A stretch of 64,000 nucleotides of DNA from an uncultured Actinomycetes bacterium (GTDB taxonomy: Bacteria; Actinomycetota; UBA4738; HRBIN12), in contig CAVPUQ010000002.1 in the NCBI GenBank assembly GCA_963708985.1, positions 155,240 through 219,239 on the forward strand, read 5' to 3'. Below the pieces are notes generated by a model. It was not told the origin of the DNA. It made no database searches and was given only the letters and a program-made list of their open reading frames with translations. Shown piece after piece: positions 19,452 to 27,544 of the stretch (the stretch's first letter is position 1; each line of letters starts with the position of its first letter). Both the position numbers and the translations under genes were made by a program.

Positions 19452-19783
19452 CGACCGATCCAGGCCGAGGCACACGTCGTCGCCCTGCACCCTGCCCGAC
19501 CCGGTTCCATTCCTACCCGGAAGGAACCACGTCTCCCTGTTCGCCCGGTACCGACGAAGGTGCCGGCCCGACAGGGCCGAATGGCCGTTCCGGCCCGGAC
19601 CGCCCGGCGGATCACCGATCTTTCCAGAACGGACGGAGACTTCGTAGCCTGCGGGAGCAGGGCCGGGAGCGAGGGTTGGCAGGCTCGACCTTGGGGCGTC
19701 GGAAGGCGTCGGAACGCCCGTCCCATCCGGGTGTCATCTCGCGGAGGGGACGCTGGCAGGTCGTCCCTGCTCGACGACGGCAC

Positions 19784-20080
19784 CTACTGAGCGGAGCCAT
19801 GCTCCTTGGCTTCCACGGCCTCGACGATCCGCGCTTGCGGGCTCGAGATGACCTTGCCCTGGACGCGCTCCCAGACGATCCGCATGGCAGCCAGCAAGGC
19901 CTCGGCCTCGCCGGGGGTGTCGAACTCGAGATCGATCATGACGTATCCCGGGTCGTCGATCGCCCGCAGGATCTGGTAGCTGCGCACCCCCGACCTCTCG
20001 CGGCCGACGGGGTCGCTGTCGAACGCCTGCTTCCAGGCGTCGTAGTCGTGGACCGGGTGCTCTATGCGGAGGACGGCCAT
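19784..20080 (-). CDS. Hypothetical small protein (about 99 aa), divergent from the tetR gene
   Basis: MAVLRIEHPVHDYDAWKQAFDSDPVGRERSGVRSYQILRAIDDPGYVMIDLEFDTPGEAEALLAAMRIVWERVQG... The longer ORF start at 20197 runs into the TetR operator region. Confidence 0.4.
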   Translation of the reverse strand: MAVLRIEHPVHDYDAWKQAFDSDPVGRERSGVRSYQILRAIDDPGYVMIDLEFDTPGEAEALLAAMRIVWERVQGKVISSPQARIVEAVEAKEHGSAQ

Positions 20081-20136
20081 CTCGACTCCTCTCTGAACGC
20101 GGCTCGGCGAGCCCTCGGCGGCCTGCCATCGCCTAT

Positions 20137-20180
20137 CCGATACAGTAAGACTGTAGCGGATAGGGTGGTACTGTAGCGGA
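20137..20180. promoter_or_regulatory. Candidate TetR operator: an imperfect 11-bp inverted repeat plus a direct repeat of CTGTAGCGGA
   Basis: ATCCGATACAG-TAAGA-CTGTAGCGGAT (one mismatch), followed by ...TACTGTAGCGGAATG immediately before the tetR start at 20181. Confidence 0.4.
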
Positions 20181-20825
20181 ATGTCGGAGGGTGTCAAGCG
20201 CCGCCCCTACGACTCGCCTCGTCGCCGCGACCAGGCGCGCGCGACCCGCCGCGCGATCCTGGAGACGGCCCGTGATCTGTTCGTGGAGGGCGGCTACGTC
20301 GCCACGACGGTCGAAACGATCGCGGCGCACGCGGGCGTCTCGGTCGAAACGGTCTACGCGACGTTCAGGAACAAGCGGTCGCTCCTCTCGGAGCTGATCG
20401 ACGTGTCCCTGGCGGGAGACGACGCTCCCGTGCCTGTGCTCGAGCGCGCGTGGGTGCAGGAGATGCGCGACGAGCCAGACACGCTTCGGCGGGTGCAGGT
20501 CCTCGCGAGGAACGGGCGCCTGATCCTCGAGCGCACGACCCCCCTCTACGACGTCCTCAGAAGCGCCGCATCCGCGGATCCGGAGATCGCGTCGCTGTGG
20601 GAGTCGAACAAGGCGCAACGATTCGCGGGCCAGAGCGAGCTGGTGCGCATCCTTATCGGGGACACGGGGCTGCGCGAGGGGTGGACGCTGGAGACGGGCG
20701 CCGACGTCCTCTTCGCGATCGGCAGCCCGGAGACCTTCCGGTTGCTGGTTATCGACCGTGGCTGGTCCGCCGATCGGTTCGAGCGCTGGTACGCCGACAC
20801 GCTGGCCTGCCTGTTGTTGGGGTGA
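20181..20825 (+). CDS. TetR/AcrR family transcriptional regulator
   Basis: 214 aa. The N-terminal HTH reads RATRRAILETARDLFVEGGYVATTVETIAAHAGVSVETVYATFRNKRSLL. Confidence 0.85.
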   Translation: MSEGVKRRPYDSPRRRDQARATRRAILETARDLFVEGGYVATTVETIAAHAGVSVETVYATFRNKRSLLSELIDVSLAGDDAPVPVLERAWVQEMRDEPDTLRRVQVLARNGRLILERTTPLYDVLRSAASADPEIASLWESNKAQRFAGQSELVRILIGDTGLREGWTLETGADVLFAIGSPETFRLLVIDRGWSADRFERWYADTLACLLLG

Positions 20826-20857
20826 AGGTCGGCAGAACGTAGCTCGCTGCGCATCTT

Positions 20858-20951
20858 CGCGGAGGCGGACGGGAATCGAACCCGCCTGCGAGCTCTCGCC
20901 CGCACACCGGTGTTGAAGACCGGGGGGCCCACCAGGCGCCCGGACGCCTCC
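20858..20951 (-). tRNA. selC: tRNA-Sec (selC), anticodon UCA
   Basis: Reverse complement: GGAGGCGT..CCGGT-CTTCAAC-ACCGG (anticodon stem-loop, anticodon TCA), a long variable arm TGTGCGGGCGAGAGCTCGCAGGC, T-arm GCGGGTTCGATTCCCGT, and a 3' acceptor CCGCCTCC pairing with 5' GGAGGCG (8/5-type). Confidence 0.75.
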
Positions 20952-20955
20952 GGAC

Positions 20956-21924
20956 TCAGCCTACCCGCACCCACGTCGAGCCCGCGTCCAGCCGCCGCAG
21001 CCCGAGTGCGAATGCGAGCTCGACCGCTCGGGCGAGCTCTGATGCGAGCGGCCGCCGGGCGATCTCGGGGAAGTCGCCGTTGTGCACGAGGCCCGCGGGC
21101 CGGTACTGGCCCATGAGGTTCAGGTACGTGTCGGGCCCGAGCTCGGTCGCGATCCACTCCAGGATCCGCTCGGTCTCGTCGAGCAACCCCGGCATGACGA
21201 GGTGTCGAAGCAGGACGCCGCGCACCGCGATGCCGTTCGCGTCGAGCTCGAGCGCGCCGACCTGGCGATGCATCTCCAGGATGGAACGTCGCGCGACCTC
21301 CGGGTAGTCCGGCCGGCGCAGGTACCGACGGGCGCGCTCGCGGCTCCACAGCTTGAGGTCGGGCATGTAGATGTCCACCACGCCGTCGAGCTGCGCCAGA
21401 CTCTCGGGCGCGTCGTACGCGCTCGTGTTGTAGACGATCGGAAGCCGCAGGCCGCCGGCGGCTGCGATCGCGAGGGCCTCGAGCAGCTGCGGCACCACGT
21501 GCTCGGGCGTGACCCAATTGACGTTGTGGCAGCCGCGGCTTTGGAGCTCAAGCATGAGCCCCGCCATCTCCTCGGCCGAGACCTCCACGCCCTCCACCTG
21601 CCAGGAGATGTCGAAGTTCTGGCAGAACACGCACCGCAGGTTGCACCCCGCGAGGAAGATCGTGCCGCTGCCGCGCCATCCCCGGAGCGGGTCCTCCTCG
21701 CCGCGGTGGGGGAAGTGCGAGGCGACGATCGCGCGACGCCCGATGTGACACACGGAGCGCTCGTCCAGGAGTCGATCGACGCGGCACGCACGAGGGCAGA
21801 CCCGGCACGTCGGACCGAGGAGCCCGAGGGCGCGCTCGGCCCGGCGCTCGAGCTCCCCCGAGCGGTGGAGCGCCACATAGGAGGGCTCGCGCGCACGGCA
21901 CTCACGGTCATCCGAGGCGACCAT
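20956..21924 (-). CDS. Radical SAM enzyme, AmmeMemoRadiSam-system / PflA-like family
   Basis: 322 aa: ...ALHRSGELERRAERA...CRVCPRACRVDRL...GSGTIFLAGCNLRCVFCQNFDIS... Confidence 0.65.
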   Translation of the reverse strand: MVASDDRECRAREPSYVALHRSGELERRAERALGLLGPTCRVCPRACRVDRLLDERSVCHIGRRAIVASHFPHRGEEDPLRGWRGSGTIFLAGCNLRCVFCQNFDISWQVEGVEVSAEEMAGLMLELQSRGCHNVNWVTPEHVVPQLLEALAIAAAGGLRLPIVYNTSAYDAPESLAQLDGVVDIYMPDLKLWSRERARRYLRRPDYPEVARRSILEMHRQVGALELDANGIAVRGVLLRHLVMPGLLDETERILEWIATELGPDTYLNLMGQYRPAGLVHNGDFPEIARRPLASELARAVELAFALGLRRLDAGSTWVRVG

Positions 21925-22069
21925 CGAGACTCCACGTCAAGGCTACGCTCATGATCCATCGCCTGGACCTGGCCGTCCCTTCAGGCGTCGCGTCCTTCTG
22001 AAGGTTGCCGCCTCGTGTGGCTCGGGCTAGGGTGTCTCTAGTCCGAGTCACACTAGTGTGGAGGTGCGC

Positions 22070-22618
22070 ATGCACGTCTCGAAGGTCGACGTGGTGGTCC
22101 TCGGCCTGCTCGCCGAGGAGCCGCTCTACGGGTACGACCTGCTCGAGCGGTTCCGCACGCGCAGCATGGGGTTCTGGGTCGAGGTGGGCAAGGCGTCGGT
22201 GTACCAGGCTCTTCACCGACTCGAGGAGCACGGCCTCGCGAGCGGCCGGCCACAAGAGGGGACCGAGGGCCCCGACCGCCGTGTCTACCGGGTCACCGCG
22301 TCCGGGCGCGCTCGGCTGCGCGCGGGCCTGCGCGAGCGATGCGCGGACGCCCGCCCGTACGAGACCGACGCGGCGCTCGCGCTCGGCTTCGTGCACCTGC
22401 TTCCGCTCGACGACGCACGCCGAGCCGTGGGCGAGCGCGAGATGGCCCTGTACGAGTGGCGCTCGACGATCGCCGGCGAGCGCGAGCGCGCCGCCTCGAA
22501 GCCGGGCGCCGCGGGCGCCGTCGCCCGCCGCATGCTCGAGCTCCAGGATGCCCTGGCCGAGACCGAGCAGCGCTGGCTCCAGGCGTTCGGGGACGATCTG
22601 CCGAAGCTCCGCGGCTGA
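22070..22618 (+). CDS. PadR family transcriptional regulator
   Basis: VVLGLLAEEPLYGYDLLERFRTRSMGFWVEVGKASVYQALHRLEEHGLASGR...RRVYRVTASGR is a PadR winged HTH. The start could be 22058 or 22070. Confidence 0.8.
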   Translation: MHVSKVDVVVLGLLAEEPLYGYDLLERFRTRSMGFWVEVGKASVYQALHRLEEHGLASGRPQEGTEGPDRRVYRVTASGRARLRAGLRERCADARPYETDAALALGFVHLLPLDDARRAVGEREMALYEWRSTIAGERERAASKPGAAGAVARRMLELQDALAETEQRWLQAFGDDLPKLRG

Positions 22619-22678
22619 GCGCAGGAGCGCGAGAAGTCCCTGGTGAAAGGCGAGGTCGGGTCGGTGCCGTGGCCTACC

Positions 22679-23494
22679 ATGGTCGGTGCGATGGAAGCTG
22701 CCTTCTTCGATCTGGACAAGACGATCATCTCGAAGTCCAGCTCGCTGGCCCTGTCCCGGCCGATGTACCGAGCCGGCATGGTCACTCGCGGGCAGCTGGT
22801 GCGCGGCGCGTACGCGCAGCTCGTCTACGCGCTCGTCGGCGCGGACGAGAAGAAGCTGGATCGGCTGAAGGAGGGCATGCTCGCGCTCACGAAGGGATGG
22901 GAGCGCGCCGAGGTCGAGCGCCTCGTCCGCGACGTGATCGTCGAGGTGATCGACCCGTACGTGTACCAGGAGGCCCTCGATCTGATGGCCCTGCACCGGC
23001 AGGAGCGGCGTCGGATCTACATCGTCAGCTCCTCGCCCGAGGAGGTGGTGCGCCCGCTCGCGCGTCACTTCGGCGTCTCGGGCGTGATCGCTACGCGCGC
23101 GAGGATCGAGGACGGCCGGTACACGGGTGAGCTCGAGTTCTACTGCGCCGGCGATGCCAAGGCCGACGCGATCCGTCAGCTCGCCGAGCGTGTAGGTGTC
23201 GATCTCCAGGGTTCCTACGCGTACTCGGACTCGATCAGCGATCTGCCGATGCTCGAGGCGGTCGGGCACCCCGTCGCGGTGAACCCCGACAAGGATCTCC
23301 GCAAGGAGGCCGAGACCCGCGAGTGGGATATCCGCGACTTCCGCCGCCCCGTGCGCCTGCGCACGCGCATCGCGCAGACGGCGACCCGGCCGAGGACCGT
23401 CACCGCCGGCGTCGTGGCCGCGACGGCCGCCGCCGGCATCCTGGCATGGGTGGTCGTCCGCTCGCGGCTCGGCCGGACGCCGCAGACGGCGTAG
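22679..23494 (+). CDS. HAD-IB family hydrolase (SerB-like phosphatase)
   Basis: AAFFDLDKTII..., ...YIVSSSPE..., ...CAGDAKADA...YAYSDSISDLPML are HAD motifs I to IV. The start is ambiguous (GTG 22643, ATG 22679 or ATG 22691). Confidence 0.75.
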   Translation: MVGAMEAAFFDLDKTIISKSSSLALSRPMYRAGMVTRGQLVRGAYAQLVYALVGADEKKLDRLKEGMLALTKGWERAEVERLVRDVIVEVIDPYVYQEALDLMALHRQERRRIYIVSSSPEEVVRPLARHFGVSGVIATRARIEDGRYTGELEFYCAGDAKADAIRQLAERVGVDLQGSYAYSDSISDLPMLEAVGHPVAVNPDKDLRKEAETREWDIRDFRRPVRLRTRIAQTATRPRTVTAGVVAATAAAGILAWVVVRSRLGRTPQTA

Positions 23495-23718
23495 GTCGCC
23501 GACGCGGAGGAAGCCGGCGCGTCCCGTTCGCGCGGATCGGCGCACGGGGGTACGATCGAAGTGCAGCCTACGGGCTGCCGCGAAGGGGGCAGAAACCCAC
23601 GCGCGTCCTGCCGCGGGAGGCATGCTCCGGGTTCGAAGGCCCTGCCCTCGACCCCGGGCAAAGTGCAGAGAGCGCATGTTCGCTGCTCCCTTCGCGCACG
23701 TCCGGCCCCGGGTGAGGC

Positions 23719-24954
23719 CTAAGCGGCGGGCGGCCGATGGTACTCGAAGTGCATGCCGTCGGGGCGCACGAAGGTGCCGCCCCATATGAACCCCCAGCGC
23801 TCGAAGACCTCGACCATCCGGGGATCTTGGTCCGGCGGGGCGCCGAACGGGTTGCTGGGGACGTTCAGGTCGAACGCGACGCCCCACGTGTGGTGGCTGA
23901 TCGACTGCGTGGGGTCGCGGTTCGCGAAGCGTCGCGCGTAACACCCTGCGTACGAGTCGATCGTGTCCCCGAGGCCGAGTTCGAGGATCTCGCGGACGGC
24001 GCCTCGGAGCTGTGGGAAGAGCGCGACGTTGCACGTGACCTTGCCGAGGAGCGGCACTCGCTCGGTCGCGATGTGTGTGGTCTCCCAGTCCGGGTCGATC
24101 TCGAGGTAGCCGGGGCGGCCCTGCGCCGGCCGGGCCGCGAACTCGCCGAAGAGCGCCTTCAGCTCGATGGGGGGAAGGACCGCATCGCCCTGGCGGAAGT
24201 ACGGCGTCTCGCCGGGCGAGCGGATCTGGACCGGTAGGTCGCGCGGCAGGGCCGAGCGCAACATCTTCGCCAACCGTCGCTCGGTCGGCTCACCCTCGGG
24301 TTGCACGAGCGCGTAGCGGTCGTGCGTGACGCCGAGCGTGCGTCCCACGTCTCGCGCGACGAGGAGCTCGTGCGCGCCGACCAGCTCGTCGGGCCAGACC
24401 GCCGCGACCTCGACCCGAACGTCGCCGAACTCGAGCATGGCCCCCGGACCGAGGCCGCGGAGGCGCGCGCTCGACTCGCCGAGCACGCCGAGCCCGTTCG
24501 CGAGGTCCGCGAGCGCCCCGCGCTCGGCGGGCGGTACGAACGGCTCGTACTCAGACGGATGCACCGCGGCCACCTCGAGCGGGATCGCGAACCCGCGGGG
24601 CGGGTCGTCGACGACCTCACCGGCGCTCGAGAGCGACCGAGTGAGCCACACGACGTCGCTCTTCACCACGACGGCGCGTCGGATGCCATCGAGCGCGGTC
24701 GATCGCGCTCGGAAGCCGCCGGGAAGCCCTCCGGGCGTCCACGCGAGGAAGGTTCCGGGCTCGGCGGGAGCGGTGAGGGGCACCGGGCCGCCACCCGGGA
24801 ACGCCGGGCTCGTCTGCGCGGGGGCATCCGACAGGAGGGCGAGCGTCACGCTCGCACCGACCAGGAGGCCGCCGATACCTGCGGCGAGGATGACGACCGC
24901 CCGCGTGACGGCTTCGGTCCCGGCCTCGGCGGCAACCGCCGTGGAATGTCTCAC
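23719..24954 (-). CDS. Membrane-anchored peptidase M15 (VanY-like D-Ala-D-Ala carboxypeptidase domain)
   Basis: The C-terminus reads SYAGCYARRFANRDPTQSISHHTWGVAFDLN...WGFIWGG...DGMHFEY. There is an N-terminal TM helix, VVILAAGIGGLLVGASVTLALL. The likely GTG start at 24954 overlaps the anti-sigma stop. The 637-aa ORF start is a GC-rich run-on. Confidence 0.7.
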   Translation of the reverse strand: MRHSTAVAAEAGTEAVTRAVVILAAGIGGLLVGASVTLALLSDAPAQTSPAFPGGGPVPLTAPAEPGTFLAWTPGGLPGGFRARSTALDGIRRAVVVKSDVVWLTRSLSSAGEVVDDPPRGFAIPLEVAAVHPSEYEPFVPPAERGALADLANGLGVLGESSARLRGLGPGAMLEFGDVRVEVAAVWPDELVGAHELLVARDVGRTLGVTHDRYALVQPEGEPTERRLAKMLRSALPRDLPVQIRSPGETPYFRQGDAVLPPIELKALFGEFAARPAQGRPGYLEIDPDWETTHIATERVPLLGKVTCNVALFPQLRGAVREILELGLGDTIDSYAGCYARRFANRDPTQSISHHTWGVAFDLNVPSNPFGAPPDQDPRMVEVFERWGFIWGGTFVRPDGMHFEYHRPPAA

Positions 24955-26903
24955 GGCGTCGGACCCGGCACGGGGCCGAGCGATGTCGCGACCGCGACGA
25001 GATCCGTGAGCTCCAGCCCGGGGGCCTCCACGGAGACGTAGAGCCCGTCCTCGATCCACTCGAGACGTGCCGCCTCGCGCGTGTAGCGTGCCTGGACACC
25101 ACGAACCTCGACGGTCTCCTGCGGCGTGGCGGTGGCGGGCGGCAGCTCCTCGGCTGGTTCGAGGTGCACGCGGATCGCGCCCCCGCCGAGCGCGATGTCT
25201 TCGTCCTGGAAGTACACGGTCACGCCGACGACGGAGCCCATGCGGAGCAGCTCGACCGCCGCGAGCGCCGAGCCCTCGGGGACCGACCGCGGCAGGAGGA
25301 GTTCGAAGGGGGCGGCCGCCGCAGCGTCCGCGAGCGTGACGCGCTCGACCGTACCCTCGGGCGTCTCCCGAACGCGCCAGGCGTCGGGGAGGGACAGGCC
25401 CGTCACGGGGAGCGAGGAGGCCACGCGGAGCAGGGCATCGCGCGACAGGTTGGTCTCGAGGTACATATCGGTGTCGTCGGTGTGGATCGACAGCCGCCGA
25501 CCGTGGTCCTCGGTCGCCGGCTCGTAGTAGGCGACGCCGCCGCCCGCGAGCACGACCTCCTGCGGGTGCGGTCCGATCGGCCCGAGCAACGCGTGGCCCT
25601 GCCACGAGCGCGACTCGCCGACCTTCAGCCACTGCATGCCGCGCGTGTACGCGAGCACCGTGTCACCGGCCTTGCCTTCGGGCTCGGCGGGAAGGACGAC
25701 CTGGTAGAGCGACAGCCCGTCCACCAGAGCGGGCTCGAGGGGCGCGTACCCTGCCTCGCGCTCCACCGCGTCGAAGGGGACGGCGGTCGCACCCTGGTCG
25801 AGCGGGCCCTCGGTCTGGGGCACGGCGAAGGCTGAGGCGGGAGGTGCGGACCCGCTCACGGCGAGCACCTCGACCTCGAAGATCGGGCGAGCGCGCGGCC
25901 GTTCGTCCGGCAGGCCGAAGCGGAGCTCCCACTGGTCGCGCTCGGGCCCACCGGCCGGGGAGACCGACCACTTCAACGGGGACCAGGTCGCGGCATCCAG
26001 CCACACCTCGACGCGGTCGTTCGGGAAGAACGGTCGCCACGTGCCGCCGAGATCCAGGAACGGGAACAGCGGCGTCGCGCGCTCGAAGGGCATCTCGAGC
26101 ACGACCGCGTCTCGGCCCAACAGGGAGTCCGGTCCGACCACCCGGACGCCGTCGGTGGCCGAGAGCGTGGTGACCGGCAGCACCAGGTCCGTCGGTGCGG
26201 GTGCGCTCGAGGAGAAGGGCGTTCGGTTCGTGATGAGGGTCTCGGTGGGCGGGCAACCCGTCGTCGGGCATGGGGAGGGGGCCGAGTCGTACCAGGTGGA
26301 GCCGTCCACGACGAGCCGGAGGTCCGTCGGCGTGTACGCGTCCGATGGGTACATGGTGTGGTCGGTCACGTCGAGGCGGAAGCGCTCGGGCGCCCGGAAC
26401 CACACCTCCATCGACAGGTCGCGGCGGGGGACGTCGGGCGCGAGGTTGCGTTCGACGATCGAGTAGGTGGCGCGATAGGCGTCTAGGTGCGCCGCCGCCG
26501 CCGCCACGCCCTCGGCAACGTCGAGGGCCGTCGCCGTGCGCTCGCGGTTCCACGGCCCGACCAGGACCGAGCCGACGATCACACCCACGACGCCGGCGGT
26601 GACGGCGGGCGCGAGACGCGGGATGAGTGCCCGGCGCGGGACCGGCGCGCGGAGCGCTCGCACGCGGGCAGGCATGGGTCGGGCCTCTGCCTCGACCGCG
26701 ATCATGATCGGCTCGACCAGGTCGGGGACGGCCGGCGCGAGGCCGATCCGCGCGTGCTCGCGGAGGCGGTAGGCGCCGGCCTCGAACGCTCGGCAGGCGG
26801 CGCAGGTCTGGAGATGCTGGTCGAGCGCGTGCTCGACGTGGCGCGAGAGGTGCTCGCCGTCCATGCGCTCGGATAGCGCCCGGCGGACGCGATCACAGTT
26901 CAC
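24951..26903 (-). CDS. Anti-sigma factor (zf-HC2) with a TM helix and a large extracytoplasmic domain
   Basis: MNCDRVRRALSERMDGEHLSRHVEHALDQHLQTCAACRAFEAG... is a zinc-finger anti-sigma N-domain. The hydrophobic helix is APAVTAGVVGVIVGSVLVG. It lies directly downstream of an ECF sigma gene and overlaps it. Confidence 0.8.
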   Translation of the reverse strand: MNCDRVRRALSERMDGEHLSRHVEHALDQHLQTCAACRAFEAGAYRLREHARIGLAPAVPDLVEPIMIAVEAEARPMPARVRALRAPVPRRALIPRLAPAVTAGVVGVIVGSVLVGPWNRERTATALDVAEGVAAAAAHLDAYRATYSIVERNLAPDVPRRDLSMEVWFRAPERFRLDVTDHTMYPSDAYTPTDLRLVVDGSTWYDSAPSPCPTTGCPPTETLITNRTPFSSSAPAPTDLVLPVTTLSATDGVRVVGPDSLLGRDAVVLEMPFERATPLFPFLDLGGTWRPFFPNDRVEVWLDAATWSPLKWSVSPAGGPERDQWELRFGLPDERPRARPIFEVEVLAVSGSAPPASAFAVPQTEGPLDQGATAVPFDAVEREAGYAPLEPALVDGLSLYQVVLPAEPEGKAGDTVLAYTRGMQWLKVGESRSWQGHALLGPIGPHPQEVVLAGGGVAYYEPATEDHGRRLSIHTDDTDMYLETNLSRDALLRVASSLPVTGLSLPDAWRVRETPEGTVERVTLADAAAAAPFELLLPRSVPEGSALAAVELLRMGSVVGVTVYFQDEDIALGGGAIRVHLEPAEELPPATATPQETVEVRGVQARYTREAARLEWIEDGLYVSVEAPGLELTDLVAVATSLGPVPGPTP

Positions 26904-27456
26904 CGGCGTCCTCCTCCACGGCCAGGGCGCCCATCATCGCGGCGCGGGCTCGGTGCATGCGGCTCTTCACGGTGCCGACGCGCACGTGCAGGACATCGGC
27001 GGCCTCCTGATAGGACAGGCCGAAGACCTCGATGAGCAGGAAGGGCTCGCGATGGTCCTCGGACACGGCCGCGAGCGCGGTCTGGATCTCCAGGCGCGTG
27101 ATCGGGTCGGGCGGTCCGATCGGCTCGGGCGCTCGGAGCGCGCGATCTTCCTGGCTCTTGCGGGAGCGGATGATGTCGAGCGCGCAGTTGCGCGCGATGC
27201 GGAACAGCCACGAGGTGAACCGTGAGTCGCCTCGGAAGGTGGGGAGGAAGCGGTAGGCGCGGATGAAGGCCTCCTGGGTCGCGTCCTCGGCGAGGGCCCG
27301 GTCACGGGTGTACGAGTAGGTGAACCGCCACAGGTCGGCTTGGTAGGTGCGGACGAGATCTTCGAACGCGCCCAGGTCGCCCTCGCGGGCGCGGGCGAGC
27401 GTGCGGGGGTCGGGGTCGTGCACCAGGTCCCTCTCGCTACGGCCGGCCAAGACCAA
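26893..27456 (-). CDS. ECF (sigma-70 family) RNA polymerase sigma factor
   Basis: 187 aa: EDLVRTYQADLWRFTYSYTRDRALAEDATQEAFIRAYR (region 2) and YQEAADVLHVRVGTVKSRMHRAR (region 4). Confidence 0.85.
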   Translation of the reverse strand: MVLAGRSERDLVHDPDPRTLARAREGDLGAFEDLVRTYQADLWRFTYSYTRDRALAEDATQEAFIRAYRFLPTFRGDSRFTSWLFRIARNCALDIIRSRKSQEDRALRAPEPIGPPDPITRLEIQTALAAVSEDHREPFLLIEVFGLSYQEAADVLHVRVGTVKSRMHRARAAMMGALAVEEDAGEL

Positions 27457-27544
27457 GCGTATCCCTGTGGCTCCGGGGAAGGGACCGGCCGAAGGGCTGG
27501 CAGGTTCCGCCTGGGCGGCCCGGCGGGCCGCCTGTTCTGGTGGC

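Noticed and set aside
23500-23660. Possible tRNA or tmRNA because of a GGTTCGAAGG motif
   Set aside because: The flanking sequence cannot form a T-stem or an acceptor stem. No cloverleaf could be built.
21908-24034. 708-aa minus-strand ORF spanning the padR/HAD region
   Set aside because: Arg/Pro-rich nonsense translation antisense to the well-supported PadR and HAD hydrolase genes.
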